Assembly: GCA_904063045.1 (NCBI GenBank)
Contig: CAJFCJ010000008.1
Coordinates: 496,001 to 560,000 of the forward strand
Source: Dimorphilus gyrociliatus
Lineage: Eukaryota > Animalia > Annelida
Direction of reading: 5' to 3'
DNA length: 64,000 nt
Shown here: positions 1-13,979 of the stretch, one piece after another
Position numbering within the stretch: the first letter of the stretch is position 1
Layout of the letters: every line of letters begins with the position of its first letter
Program-made: the position numbers and the translations under genes
The notes under the pieces: generated by a model
Told to the model about the DNA's origin: nothing
The model's input: only the letters and a program-made list of their open reading frames with translations
The model's database searches: none

Positions 1-3000
1 AATGTCTTTAAGACGTTCTATAAGTAAAGAAATCGAGAGTATTGATAATTTCTTAAGTGAGGCAATTGATACATTATCGGTGAGGCCTCAAACGGTAGAG
101 GAAATTGGTGAAGCTAACTCCAAACAGACTATTTTCAAACAAAAAAAGAGAGAGGTAATATCTATAATTTGCTATTATGTTTTTTTTTCTTATATGGACT
201 TTTACTTTATTAGATTCGACCTCAATTCGAAGAGATCGAATCGAAAAATAAGCTATTAAAATCAGTAGCAGGAGGTGGAGTTGAATCAGTATCACAATTA
301 AATACAAAATACGATAAATTTCAATTAATGATGGATTCATTCCAAATGATGATAAGCGAACAAGTTGAAATGATGAGAAAGAATACAGAATCTAGAATAA
401 GCGAATACGAACAAAAATTAGAGAAATTTAATGCCAGATGGAGTCACGTCAGAAATCAAGCTAGAGATTCAATGGATGCTGACGTATCTAAATGGGGTGA
501 AATTGTTTCTACGATTAAAGAACGAAATGAAGAGTTTCTTGAATTAGAAAAAGAAAAAGAGCAATTATGGTATAAATTCTAAATAATTACTATTTATCTT
601 AATTTTAAAGTTTAATGTTTCCTGTTATTTTGTTTAGTACTGATTGCGCACATTTTGAATTGCCGACACCGGAATTTCCACTAGCTGAAGAATTAAAAAA
701 TGAAATTCAAAGATTTGGAAATATGTTTGGACGTTTCGAAGAATTTAATAAAGGATTAGATGAGCTAAGAAAGGAGGATTGGATATCATTTAGAACTCAT
801 TATTATAAATTTGAAGAATATCTTGTTCATTGGTATGAACAGATTAAAAATGAAGAAACTACAACAATGACAGTAAGACTACAACAGGAAATAGATAAAT
901 ATAAGGTAAACTATAACAATGTCTATTAAAATAAAGATAAACGGTACTGTGCTTTCAGAATGTATTACCAGTTTTAAAATGGGTTAGAGGAGATCCATTG
1001 TCCACTGATCACTGGCTGGAATTGTTTAGAATGCTTCAACTTCCTAAGGGTACGACTCTTGAGAAGCTAACTTTTAGCGATGTTCTCAAATCTGCTGATC
1101 ATATTATTAAACGCGCCGATGATATTAAGGAACTAAATCTTAGGGCTCAAGGAGAAGTGACAATCAGAGAAGCCCTAAGAGAATTAGATTTATGGGGAGC
1201 AGGAGCTGTTTTCACACTAACCGGCTATGAAGATTCTCACAAACATAAGATTAATTTAATCAAAGATTGGAAGGATTTAATGAATCAAATTGGAGATAAT
1301 CAGTGTCTATTACAATCTCTTAAAGATTCACCTTATTATAAAGCTTTTGAAGATAAGGCATCAACATGGGAGCAAAAATTAGCATCGTTGGATGAATATT
1401 TGCATAATTTGAATCAAATTCAAAGGAAATGGATCTATTTAGAACCTATTTTTGGCAGAGGTGCCCTACCGAAAGATCAAGGCAGATTCAAGGCTGTAGA
1501 CAATGACTTTAGGTGCGTATGGTTTTAAAACAAATAGATAATCCCAATGCTCAAACCATTCTCTTTTGAAGGGGTATCATGTTGGACGTAAATCGAGATA
1601 ATAGGGTAGTGTCTTTAAACGATAAACCCGGTTTAGGGCCCCGACTTACCCAAATGCTCGATCAACTACAAAGATGTCAGAAGGCATTAAATGAATTCTT
1701 GGAAGAGAAGAGATCAGCCTTCCCCAGATTCTACTTCATCGGTGATGATGACTTATTGGAAATATTAGGTCAATCAACAAATCCCGTTGTCATTCAAACT
1801 CATTTGAAGAAATTGTTTGCCGGTATTCACTCCGTTCAATTTGATGAAAAGAATGAGAATATTCTTGCAATGAAATCACTTGATGGCGAAATTGTTCCTT
1901 TAAACAACCAAGTTAAAATCACATCTAAAGTAGAGGTAACATTTGAACTAGATTTTCAAGTTAACATTTAATATATTTTATACTATCTCCTAAAATAGGA
2001 GTGGCTGGATCTTCTTGCAAAAGAAATGGTTAAAACCCTGAAAGAACTATTAAATCAATGCATTGCAGCAAGCAATAATCTTGATGCTAGCAAATTCCCA
2101 TCTCAGGTATGAATAAATAGAAATGAAAGATCGTAACAATTTTTTATTTTCCTCTTACTAATAGATCTTGTGTTTGGCTGAACAAATTAATTTCACTCAT
2201 AGTGCTGAAAAAGCACTATCATCAGGTGGAGGTTCTGCTTTAGAAAACGTTCGACGTGAGCAAGACCGAAAACTAGAATCTTATACTTCTATTGATCTAT
2301 CTGGACAGAGTGTTCATGTGCTTAATTTAAAAGTGAAATCACTAATTCTAGATACAATTCACAATATTGAAGTTGTAAGAGAACTTCAAGAACATGCAGT
2401 TGCTGATCCTAATCACTGGCGTTGGCAGAAACAACTCAGATTTTACCTTAGGGATAAAGTAGCTATAATTAAGATGGTTGATGCAGAATTTAATTATACA
2501 TACGAGTATCAAGGAAATGCAGCTAAATTGGTTCACACTCCTCTAACTGACAAATGTTATTTGACTCTTACTCAAGGTATGTCTATGGGAATGGGAGGAA
2601 ATCCTTACGGACCGGCTGGTACTGGCAAAACAGAGAGCGTGAAAGCCCTGGGTGGTCTATTCGGGCGCCAAGTATTAGTATTTAACTGCGACGAAGGAAT
2701 TGATGTTAAATCTATGGGACGTATATTTGTTGGTCTCGTCAAATGCGGAGCTTGGGGATGTTTTGATGAATTTAATCGACTTGAAGAAGCTGTACTTTCA
2801 GCTGTATCTATGCAAATTCAAGTTATTCAAGACGCAATTAAATCGAAAGCTAAAACAGCCGAGCTACTAGAGAAGACAATTAGTATTGATCCCAATTCAG
2901 GAATATTTATTACGTTGAATCCCGCTGGAAAGGGTTACGGAGGAAGATCCAAACTACCTGATAACTTAAAACAATTGTTTAGACCTGTAGCTATGTCTAA

Positions 3001-6000
3001 ACCCGACAACGATTTGATTGCTGAGGTAATCCTTTTCTCAGAAGGATTTAAAGATGCTAAAAATCTTGGTAGAAAACTTGTAGCAGTTTTCAATTTATCT
3101 AAAGAATTGTTAAGCAGCCAACAACATTATGATTGGGGATTAAGAGCTTTGAAAACTGTTTTGAAAGGTTGCGGGAACTTGCTACAAAATATCAGAAGAG
3201 AAGAAAGTAAGTAAATAATCTATGTCATGTTGAATTGTCAATCAAAACAAAAACATTTTAGATGCAAAAGTTGATAAAGCAAAGGAAACTCTACTTGTAG
3301 TTCAAGCTGTTAGATTCAATACTCTTTCTAAGCTTACCTTCTCCGATTCAAAATTATTTGATAATCTCGTGAAAGATGTTTTCCCAGAAGTTGATTTTCA
3401 GGTACCATTTTTGTAATATTAATATTAACAATTAACAAGCCTCAACTATTATCATATAGAACATCGAATATAAAGAACTGGAAGATGCCCTACGAGAAAC
3501 TTGCACAGAATTACATTTAATACCAATTGACAATCAGGTAACTTCTGAACGTCGTTGCGTTATAATCTAATATATCCTAATTAATTTATATATTCTAGAT
3601 AAAAAAATGTTTAGAGTTATACGAGCAATTACGTCAAAGAATGGGTGTAGTTGTTGTCGGACCTAGTGGATCTGGTAAATCGACATTATGGCGTCTTTTG
3701 CGTGATGCTCTTCTACGCATTTCCAAAACAGTAAAGAAATACGTAATGAACCCAAAGGCTATGCCCAGGCAACAATTATTAGGTCATATCGATTTAGACA
3801 CTAGAGAATGGTCTGATGGAGTTTTAACATATGCTGCAAGAGAAGTTGTTAAAGAACCTATTGATATTCAATCATGGATTGTGTGCGATGGTGACATTGA
3901 TCCCGAATGGATTGAATCTTTAAATTCTGTATTGGATGACAATCGATTGTTAACTATGCCAAGCGGTGAAAGAATCCAGTTTGGTCCCAACGTTAATTTC
4001 TTATTTGAAACTCATGACCTAAGTTGTGCATCTCCCGCAACAATTTCCAGAATGGGAATGATTTATATGAGCGATGAAAATACTGATATTACAGCTCTGA
4101 TAAAGAGCTGGTTAAATCAAAAGGAGGAGAGGCAAAAGATGCTCTTATCCGGTTGGATTGAAGATTATTTTTATCAAGCAATAGACGAAGCACAAAAATA
4201 TATGCATGAAATGGTAGTTGAAACAACAATAGTAGGATTGGTCCTAAATGGCTTATCTCATCTGTACGATGTAACAAACAAAGTTCAGTTTACTGTATCA
4301 TTGATAAAAGGTTTAGGTGGAAATTTACCGGATAATTTAAAACAAAGTTTCTCAGAGACAATTTTCTCTATAACTGGAGAGAGTCCACCTGATCCCAGAC
4401 GAATTTTAGACACATATTACGACAGTGATTTGGGTAAATTAAATGTTTACTCTCATGAAGGTGCAGATGATTTGACTGCTGACAGATTCGAAGCAGATGA
4501 TCCACCAATTATTAAAACCACAGATATTCAGAGGGGTATGGATTACTTTGCCCCTCTATTATCTAGTGCTAATAAACAACCATTTATTTTGGTTGGTCCT
4601 GAAGGATGTGGAAAAGGACTATTATTAAAATACTGTTTTGAAAAATTGAAGTCAGTTCAAGTAAATGTGTTGTATTGCAGTGCGCAAACTGGACCTGAAC
4701 ACGTCTTGCAGAAACTGAACCAATCTTGTATGACCGTTAATACGAACAACGGTCGAGTGTACAGGCCAAAAGACTGCGAAAGACTAATTCTCTATTTAAA
4801 AGATATCAATTTACCCAAACCTGATAAGTGGGGCACTAGTCAATTAGTTGCATTTTTGCAACAAGTCCTAACATATCAGGGATTTTATGATTCGAACTTG
4901 GAATTTGTAGGCCTAGAAGGAGTTCAAATTGTAAGCAGTATGAATGCTGGAACATCAATGGGTCGACATAGGTTAAGTACAAGATTCACATCTATAGTAA
5001 GAATCTGTACTGTTGGTTATCCGTCAACCGAACAACTTCAGACTATATATTCTTCATACTTAAAGCCAGTCTTGGAGAAGCAATTAAAAAGACATCCAAT
5101 TTGGTCTTCTGCTTCCAAAATGCGATCTTTGTCCAATTGCATGATCAAGCTATATGAAGAAGTAAAAGGAACATTTACGGTGGACGATTATAGTCATTAC
5201 TTATTCACACCTAGAGATTTGACAGCGTGGATTAATGGACTACTTCGTTACGATCTCAGCTCTGGGGCAGAAGATAGACCAGACCATGTCCTAAAAATAT
5301 GGGTTTACGAAGCTCAACGGCTATTCAGAGATAAGCTTGCAACTGATGAGCACAGAGCCAAATTTGATGGAATCTTGAACAACGTTGTTAGAGCTGACTG
5401 GTCTGTTCACTTTATGGATGATATGGGTGACTGTTACTTTAGAGCTGAAAGTGGAAGTGCTGGTGCCCCACTTCCCGCTCATGGTCGAAACCTAAGTCAA
5501 TTTAACTCAGATGACTTAACGGTCATTGTAGAAAAAGCACTAGTTCAATACAGCAGAGATCAAAGAGATTTAGATCTTGTTCTTTTCAAAGAAGTTCTAT
5601 GTCAAATCGTCAGGGTAGAGAGAGTGTTAACAGCTCCTGGAGGTTCTCTCCTCTTAGCAGGCCGTAGTGGCGTTGGTAGACGAACTGCTGCTACTTTAGT
5701 CGCTCATATGCACCAAATGTCAGTTGTTGCACCAAAGATGAGTCGAACATACGGCTCCAAACAGTTCAAGATCGATTTAAAAACAGCCATGCAACAGGCC
5801 GGCGTTGACAACCAACAAGTTGTTCTATTACTCGAAGATCACAACTTTGTAGAATCTACCTTCTTGGAGTTAATCAATTCTGTACTTGCTGCGGGAGAGG
5901 TGCCTGGATTGTACTCAACTGAAGAATTAGAGCCGCTTGTTTCTAGTTTAAGAGATGAAGCGTCGGAAGCTGGCTTCAGAGGAACTATGGCTCAATATTT

Positions 6001-9000
6001 TTCATCAAGAATTAGAAGGAACCTTCACGTAGTCCTAATCATGGATTGTATCAACAGTAACTTTGCTGTTCAGTGCGAAAGTAACCCATCTCTCTATAAG
6101 AAGTGTTCTATCTTATGGCTAGAAGGATGGAGTAGAGAATCCATGGTTCGTTTACCACACCTAATTCTTACCAAAGAAGCAAAAGTTGAAGGTGCAGCTC
6201 TATCAAGTGAAAAGCCAAAGAAAAGAAAGCTATCTGGTGGGCAAGAACTTCTGAAAGGATTTCTTCATATACACGAATCTTGTGCACAGTTTGGAGAGGC
6301 TACTCCAAGAAGATATTTGGCTTTTGTTCATACATATAAGCAAGTATATTCCGATAAGAAAGTTAAAATCGAAACTAGAACTCAACATTTACAAGCTGGT
6401 GTAACCAAACTGAATGAAGCCAAACAATTGGTAGATCAACTAAAATCAAAGGCAGGAGAACAAAGTAAAATATTAGCCGAAAAGCAACTGGAGGCTGATG
6501 AAAGTTTAAAAGAAATTACTGAAACTATGCACAGAGCTGGTGATCAGAAAATTGAAATGGAAAAACTCAAGGAGCAAGTATCTCAGGAGAATGTTAAATT
6601 AGAAAAGAGAAAGAAAGAAATCGATATTGAATTAGAAGATGTAATGCCAATAGTCGAAGAATCAAAAAGGGCTGTTGGCAGTATTAAATCGGAGAGTTTA
6701 GGCGAAATTAGAGCTTTCAGAGCTCCTCCAGATGTTGTAAGAGATATTTTAGAAGGTGTTTTAAGATTGATGGGAGAGAAAGATGTCTCATGGAATGCTA
6801 TGAAAAAGTAACTAATTTTAATATTAATCAATTAGAACTACATATTTCTTTAATGTTACGCAGCTTTCTGGCAAAACGAGGAGTCAAAGAAGAAATTCAG
6901 AATTTCGACGCTCGTAACATTAATCCTGACCATAGAAAAGAGGTAGAAAAGTTAATAAAACAAAAGGAAAGATCGTATGAAAAAGACGTGAGAAACATTT
7001 ATATATCTTTAAAATCTCTATTATCTAAAAAGACTTGTTGTTTTCCTTTCTTCATATATCATATGATAGACCGCTAAAAGAGCCTCAGTAGCCGCTGCAC
7101 CACTTGCTGCATGGACTAAAGCCAATATAAAGTATTCCCACGTTTTAGAGAGAATTGAACCTTTAGAAAAAGAACAATCCCAACTGCAAAAGTATGAAAT
7201 TTCATTCGTTCAGGGATTTATATCTTATCTTTTTCTTATATATTAGGAATTTAGAAAAGGCGAATAATCAGATGTCAAAACTATCTAAGGGTCTTGATGC
7301 CGTCGATCGTAAAGTTGCCGACTTGAAACAAAATTTCGAAAGAAGAACAACAGAAGCTATGAAGTTGAAAGTTGATTTAGATAAAGCTCAGGAAACGATT
7401 ACTGCCGCTGAAAATCTTGTTGGAAAATTACACAGCGAACATGACAGATGGAGTTCACAAGTTGGAGAACTTCATAAAGAATTAGAACAATTACCTTTAA
7501 GAGCTTTAGTTGCCGCCGCATTTATTACTTATATGTCTAATGCACCGGAAGATAGACGACAAGCTTGCATAAGCGATTGGATATCAGCAGTCGGAATAGA
7601 TACATTCGAATTAAGAAGATTCCTCAGTACAGAAAGCGAACAACTTGTATGGAAGAGCGAAGGTTTACCATCGGACGAATTGAGTATGGAGAATGCAATG
7701 ATGATTCTACAAGTAAGCTTAAATGTTCAATTGTTTTTTATTGTTTATATTTAATTTTTAATATTTTCATTTTAAATGGACGGAAAATTTTGTCAATTTT
7801 TAACAATTTTTCTTTTTATCTCTAATCGTTAAATTATTCTAGCGGGCAAAGGTAAAAAAAAACAAAAGCAACTTAATATTATTTGTTATTCTAAGTATTG
7901 TCCTAATTTTGGTAGTCGAAACGAGTTTATATTGGGCATGAATTTGTTAAAATCGTTATTATGTACCAAAAAAACGAGCAAAGTGTTTAAACATATTCAT
8001 ATTTGTAAAAAACTTATCTATTGTTGAATGATAATAATTAGATTTAATTAAATAAGCATGTTTTCTTTTGTTATATAAAGACTAATCCAATGGAAGCAGG
8101 GGTAAGAAACATTATTGTCACGGAAAGGATGAAATATCATATAAACTGAACATGTCTTTTTTTTTATTATTTGTTTTTTTCCTAATTTAATTTTATGTTT
8201 GCTGAACGTCCCTCACCTTTCATTAAGTTAATAGCTTTTTTATATAATCAATAAGAATCACATAAAAAAACTATATTCACTTTGAAGAAGATGGATCACT
8301 ATCTTTGCTTTATATTTTCTTTATATGCAATTTAATTTATTCTTTTACTATTGTTTGCTAAATAAGACTTTATTTCTGTTTTAGACATCACTTAGGCCAT
8401 TCCTTGTCGATCCTTCGTCCAGAGCAACGGAATGGTTGAAAACCCATTTGAAAGACCAAAGATTAGACACTGTTAACCAACAAGACTCAAATTTTACAAC
8501 TGCTCTCGAACTAGCTGTAAGATTCGGGAAAACATTAGTCATTCAGGAGGTTGACGGAGTTGAACCCATATTATATCCTCTACTAAGGGGCGACCTAATT
8601 TCTCAAGGTCCCCGACACGTTGTTCAAATAGGCGATAAAGTTATAGATTATAACGAGTCTTTTAAATTATTCTTGGCCACAAGAAATCCTTCTCCTGAAT
8701 TACCTCCAGATGCATCGTCTATTGTTACCGAAGTCAATTTTACAACGACAAGAGCCGGGTTGACTGGTCAGTTGCTAGCTGCTAGTATTCAAAATGAGAA
8801 GCCAGAGTTAGAAACTCGAAAGATGGATCTACTCAGAAAGGAAGAAGAACTGAAAATTGAATTAGCCAAACTGGAAGAGAGTTTGCTTGAACAATTAGCA
8901 AATGCTAAAGGAAATATCCTTGATAATAAAGAACTACTCGATTCCTTGCAAAAAACAAAGGAGAGTTCAACAACTATTTCAAACTCACTGTCTGAATCGC

Positions 9001-11519
9001 AAAATCTTCAAGTATCTCTGGATCAAGAACGAGGAGCCTATCTCCCATTGGCCGAACATGGCAGTCAACTTTACTTTATTATAATGGATCTCTGTAAATT
9101 GAATAATATGTACAGATTTAGTTTGGCAGCATTTTTGAAACTGTTTCAAAGATCGTTAAATAACAAACAAGAGGGCGTCTCCACAGATATTAGAATTAAA
9201 AATCTAAAACGTGTCCTTTTGAAGCTTATCTACAATTATGTTTGCCGATCTCTCTTCAAAACGGATAGATTGATGTTTGCACTTCACTTGGTTCATGGAA
9301 TGCACCCAGAAAGTTTTGAAGAAAACGTAGGTGTTTCAATTATCATCAAATTAAATACTTAGACACATTTCTTTATTCAGGAATGGGAATTTTTCCTCGG
9401 AATGGTAGCGGTTGACGCTTCAAAGAGTCAATCTTCTTTACCAAGCTGGATTGAAGGAGACTGCGCATCGACAGTTGCATTATTGAAATCTGCTCTGCCC
9501 AACGTCTATTCCAATATGAATCTGGAAGATAATGGAGTATGGTCATCCTTTTCAAGATCGTCAACTTGTGAGAGGGAAATTCCATCGGGTATTGAAAAAC
9601 GTTTATCAAACTTTGAACAATTACTGGTTGTCTATTCAACAAGACCTGACAGATTGCAGTCAGCAATGACAAAGTTTGCGTGCGATATGCTTAACTTAAA
9701 AGAGTTATCGCCAACAAATGTCAATTTGAAAAGATTGTGCCAAGAGGAAACTGAACCAGGCGAACCAATTCTTATTATAATATCGCCTGGTGCTGATCCA
9801 TCTCAAGAACTTCAGGATTTGGCAAAAGATATTGTAGGCAGTGACAAATATCATCAAGTAGCTATGGGCCAGGGTCAAGCTGAAATTGCAATGCAATTAT
9901 TACATGAATGCTCGAAGAATGGAGAATGGTTATGCTTGAAAAATTTACATTTGGTCACTGCATGGTTGCCAGTTTTGGAGAAGGAATTGAATTCTTTGAA
10001 ACCTCACGAAAATTTCAGATTGTGGCTTACAGCTGAAAGTCATCCAAAATTCCCTACCATTCTTTTACAAGAAAGCTTAAAAATTACCTACGAAGCTCCT
10101 CCAGGTATTAAAAAGAATCTTATGAGAACTTATGAAACCTGGTCACCGGATTACGTAGCGAAATCAGGAAATGTAGCACGTTCTCAAGCATTATTTGTTC
10201 TGGCATGGTTTCACGCCGTCATGCAAGAACGTCGTAATTACGTACCTCAAGGATGGACGAAATTCTATGAATTTAATATGTCCGATTTAAGAGCATCGGC
10301 AGAAATGATAGATCGATTATGTAAGCGCTCGCAGAAAGACATTGAATGGAATTATGTTCATGGTCTGGTAGAGAATGCATTCTACGGCGGTCGTGTAGAC
10401 AATATCTTTGATAATCGAGTTATGGTCTCATATTTAAAACAGTTTTTCAACTCGAATATCGTAGGAAGAGGTTCGGGAAAGAGAATTGGTCCTTTGAATT
10501 TACCAAATTCATGCCAATCACAAGAATTCATAGAAGAAATAGATAGACTACCTGAAATGGATAAGCCATCCTATTTTGGCCTACCTGAAAACATAGAAAG
10601 ATCCACAGAAAGAACAATTGGCTTGAACGTTATAAGTCAACTTCGAATAATACAACGATCAACAACAAGCTCAAAGAAATTCCAAAAAGAAGTGTGGCGA
10701 AAGGAATTAACACCAATTCTGAACCTATGGAAGTCCATAAATCAAGGCCTTAATTTAATTCAGACTAGAATTCCTCCTTCTTCACATTCCTCTGACGCTT
10801 CACCACTTTTAACTTTTGTCCAACAAGAAAGAATCAACGGACTCGCTCTCGTTCGCGAGGTTCACAGTTGTCTCTCTTCCTTGAGCAAAGTAATCAGAGG
10901 AATTCAGCTATTGACAGAGGATATTCAAAAGGTTGCCTCTGCTCTCCTTCTTAATAGCACTCCAACTGTTTGGTTAGATAAGTGGCAGGGACCGAGTGAT
11001 GATCCATTGAGCTATATTAGAGGTTTAGTCTCGAGAACTGCGGCCATAACACAAAAATGGGTACCAGCCGCCGAACAGAACAACCTGTTGGATTCAACTT
11101 TAGATTTGAGCGAGCTCTTTCATCCTGATACCTTTATGAATGCTCTTAGACAAACAACAGCCCGATCAATGAAAACATCGATGGACTCCTTAAAACTTGC
11201 CTGTAGCTGGTCTAGATCTGGAGGAGGGTCTATTTCCAGCTCATCTTCAGTAAAATTAGGAGGAATCCAATTAGAAGGTTGCAGTTTCGAAGGAAACCGC
11301 TTAGTTCAGAATCAAAGAGATTCACCATCTGTCGTAACTCTATCAGAAGTACTAGTAGGTTGGGTAAAAGAAATTCCTCCTCAAGGTCATTCAATTTCTC
11401 TACCATTGTATTTTTCAAATGAAAGAGAGAGAGTTGTTATGCATTTGGATGTACCTTGCGACGCAGAAATTCACGTTTGGCTCCAAAGTGGAGCAGCTTT
11501 ATTCTTGAGAAGTTTTTAA
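1..11519 (+). CDS. DYNC2H1: Cytoplasmic dynein 2 heavy chain (IFT dynein), 5'-truncated by the window edge; 15 exons visible
   Basis: Exons join in frame at GT-AG sites: <1-154, 214-569, 638-905, 959-1512, 1572-1935, 1999-2106, 2165-3206, 3262-3401, 3460-3537, 3599-6807, 6864-6987, 7070-7191, 7247-7712, 8385-9326, 9381-11519. P-loops are GPAGTGKT (AAA1), GPSGSGKS (AAA2), GPEGCGKG (AAA3) and GRSGVGRR (AAA4); the last two are characteristic of dynein-2. The C-terminus ends [10 protein letters not shown]. Confidence 0.97.
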
Positions 11520-11788
11520 TAACATTTATTCTCTTTAATTCTATACAAATGAACGTTTTAATATTATCCGTCCTATATGAATTTCAATAAAATATCGAAT
11601 GAGAAGTACAGTATATAAAATAAGTCTTCCAATGAAGTTTATCTCTATGAAGTTTCAGATTAATAAAGACAGATGACGCTAGTGGTTTTCAAAGGTCAAG
11701 GATACATTTAAGAAAATATTGTGCACGTGCCAATAAAACCTCTTAATTGTTGTTATTTTATAAATTTTAAGTTTAAGAAGTTAGAAAT

Positions 11789-12500
11789 ATGAATAAGATA
11801 AGCTTTAATGCTTTGAAGCATGCTTATAGATTAAGACATAGAAATCTGAAAAGGGTTCAGGAACGTCTTCCTACCGGCTATCGAATAGGACCCAGAGGTC
11901 GAATTGATTACCTTAGGAATAGCGTAACAAACCTCTTTCGAGAAGAAAGAGTCGAAGGTACCTGGGATTATCTAGACGAGACAAGGGGATATGCTGAACT
12001 GATACTCCAACAGTCTATAAAAAATGGCTACGATCACGAAGTAACCAAGGAAATGGTTGACTATTGGATAGTTGTAAGTTCTTTTTACAATTTATTAAAA
12101 TAAATACGTAATTACAAAATGTTTATATTGTTTTCAAAGGAAAAAGATATTATTCCAAAGCTCTTCGAAGTTCTAGTTCCCCGTTTCGAAGATTACGATA
12201 CAGCTTACACAAAATTATATACTCTCCCTTACGTTTATCCTGGTGGACCAAAACGAATGGGTTTACTTGAATTAAAAGGTAATTTTTAAGTTATAAACTA
12301 AAACGTTTATTCTATCCATCAAAAAACAACAACAGCGGAAATAATACTAATTTATAAAAACGTTATCTATTGTAGAAAACCCATATCCACCCGTAGCAAC
12401 TCCTCGACGAGACTTTAGTGGATCTTTAACGAACACCTTACTGGAAGCCGCCCGCAAGGAATATCAAGATCGAAAATCAACCTCTAACAAACTCTCCTAG
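11789..12500 (+). CDS. MRPL17: Mitochondrial ribosomal protein L17 (bL17m), 182 aa
   Basis: Exons 11789-12073, 12140-12278 and 12376-12500 total 549 nt in frame. Motifs LRNSVTNLFREERVEGTW, EKDIIPKLFEVLVPRF and MGLLELKENPYPPVATPRRD match the L17 family. Confidence 0.9.
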
Positions 12501-13549
12501 TTCATCTGATTGTTTATCTTCATCAATATTAACAGTCATAAAATGCCTTCTTAAATGTTCTAATGCCTTAAGAGTTCTTTTATGATCGGATTTCTCTTTT
12601 TCAAGTTCATCCGTCAATTGGTCCAATTTGTATTCCAACCTCGAAATTTGTTGACTATAACCTAATCTTATTTCATCTTCTTTCTGTTTAAAAGACGCTT
12701 CAAGATTACTCCTTTCTCTTTCAAAGTTAGCGCAATCACTCTGATGTCGAACAATTTCAACATTTAAATTGGTTTTTAGTTGCGTAACTTCTTTATTAGT
12801 ATCAATTCTTTCGTTTCGAAGTGAACATAACAAATATTCCAACTTTTCAACTCGAAGTGTACACTTTTCAACATCTTTATATAAACTTTTACATAAAATC
12901 TGTAATCGGTCACATTTCTTCTTCCCTTCAAAATATTTTTTATGCTTTTCTTCATATCTATAAAAAAGAAACAAAATGGAAAACTTATATAGGATTTCAT
13001 ATAAAGTATCGTAAATTCTAATGAAAGAAAATCAACAGTTGGCAACCTTTTATAAATTTCTTTTACATTCTTTTCTAATTCTTCATTTTGTTGTTTATAT
13101 AGCGTTATTAAAGCATTTAATCTTGAATTTTCTTTCTTTATCTTCATATATTCCGTTCTTATTGTAGCTATTTCGTTTTGTGTCCAAATACAGTTGGATG
13201 TGTCAAAATCATTGCTTAAAATGTTTCTTTCGTCGTCCTCTTCGTCTTTGAGGTTATCCTCTTTCATTTTTTCCATTAGCCAAACTCTTTCATATACATT
13301 TTTTATTTTATCAAAATCATTTTTAGATATAGGAACTTGAGTCCTCGAAAAGATACTTTCCTCACGTATATTGGCGAATTCGTCTAAAAAAAACAGAAAA
13401 GTCCTATATTTAGAAAACAAAGTTATTATCGCTATGACAACCTAACCATCTAAAACTGATTCATTATCTTGTAAATCGAATACTGGCTCGTAGAATTTCT
13501 CAAACCACATTTCACCCGCTGATTCTTGTTTCCGCGCTCCGTTCTCCAT
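12477..13549 (-). CDS. CCDC160: Coiled-coil protein, CCDC160-like, 306 aa
   Basis: Exons 13549-13447, 13383-13047 and 12957-12477 total 921 nt in frame. The N-terminal WFEKFYEPVFDLQD and C-terminal ELEKEKSDHKRTLKALEHLRRHF resemble CCDC160 as remembered. Confidence 0.6.
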
Positions 13550-13979
13550 ACCTTGATTATCGATCTAGGAATTCAACTATGAAAGGGTTTTATTAGTGGC
13601 TCTACCTGTGATATACATACTCTGACGCCATCTATAGGTTAAAACTTTTGAATTGTATACATTTCTTATTATATAATTAAAATTGACTTACATCATTAAA
13701 CTAATTTAAAAGATTTTTAGAACAATAAATTAATAAAAATAGACAAAAAGTATTGAAATATGCCACATCTCCATGAAATAAAGTATGTTTAAGCTTCCTT
13801 TAAAACTTAGGAAAATCTAAGTTTAAATATATACTATATTTTATATAAAGTTAACTTTTTTCAGTTAAAAAAGTCCTTAATTGCGAAAAAAAGAAAAACA
13901 CATAAATATATCAACAAGATGGCGATATAACATCTGATAAACTAAGCCTTTATAATAAACATAACTGTTTACCTTTAAA

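Noticed and set aside
7713-8384. Unusually long 672-nt DYNC2H1 intron as a possible transposon or snoRNA host
   Set aside because: Very AT-rich with no ORF, no terminal repeats and no box C/D pair that I could find.
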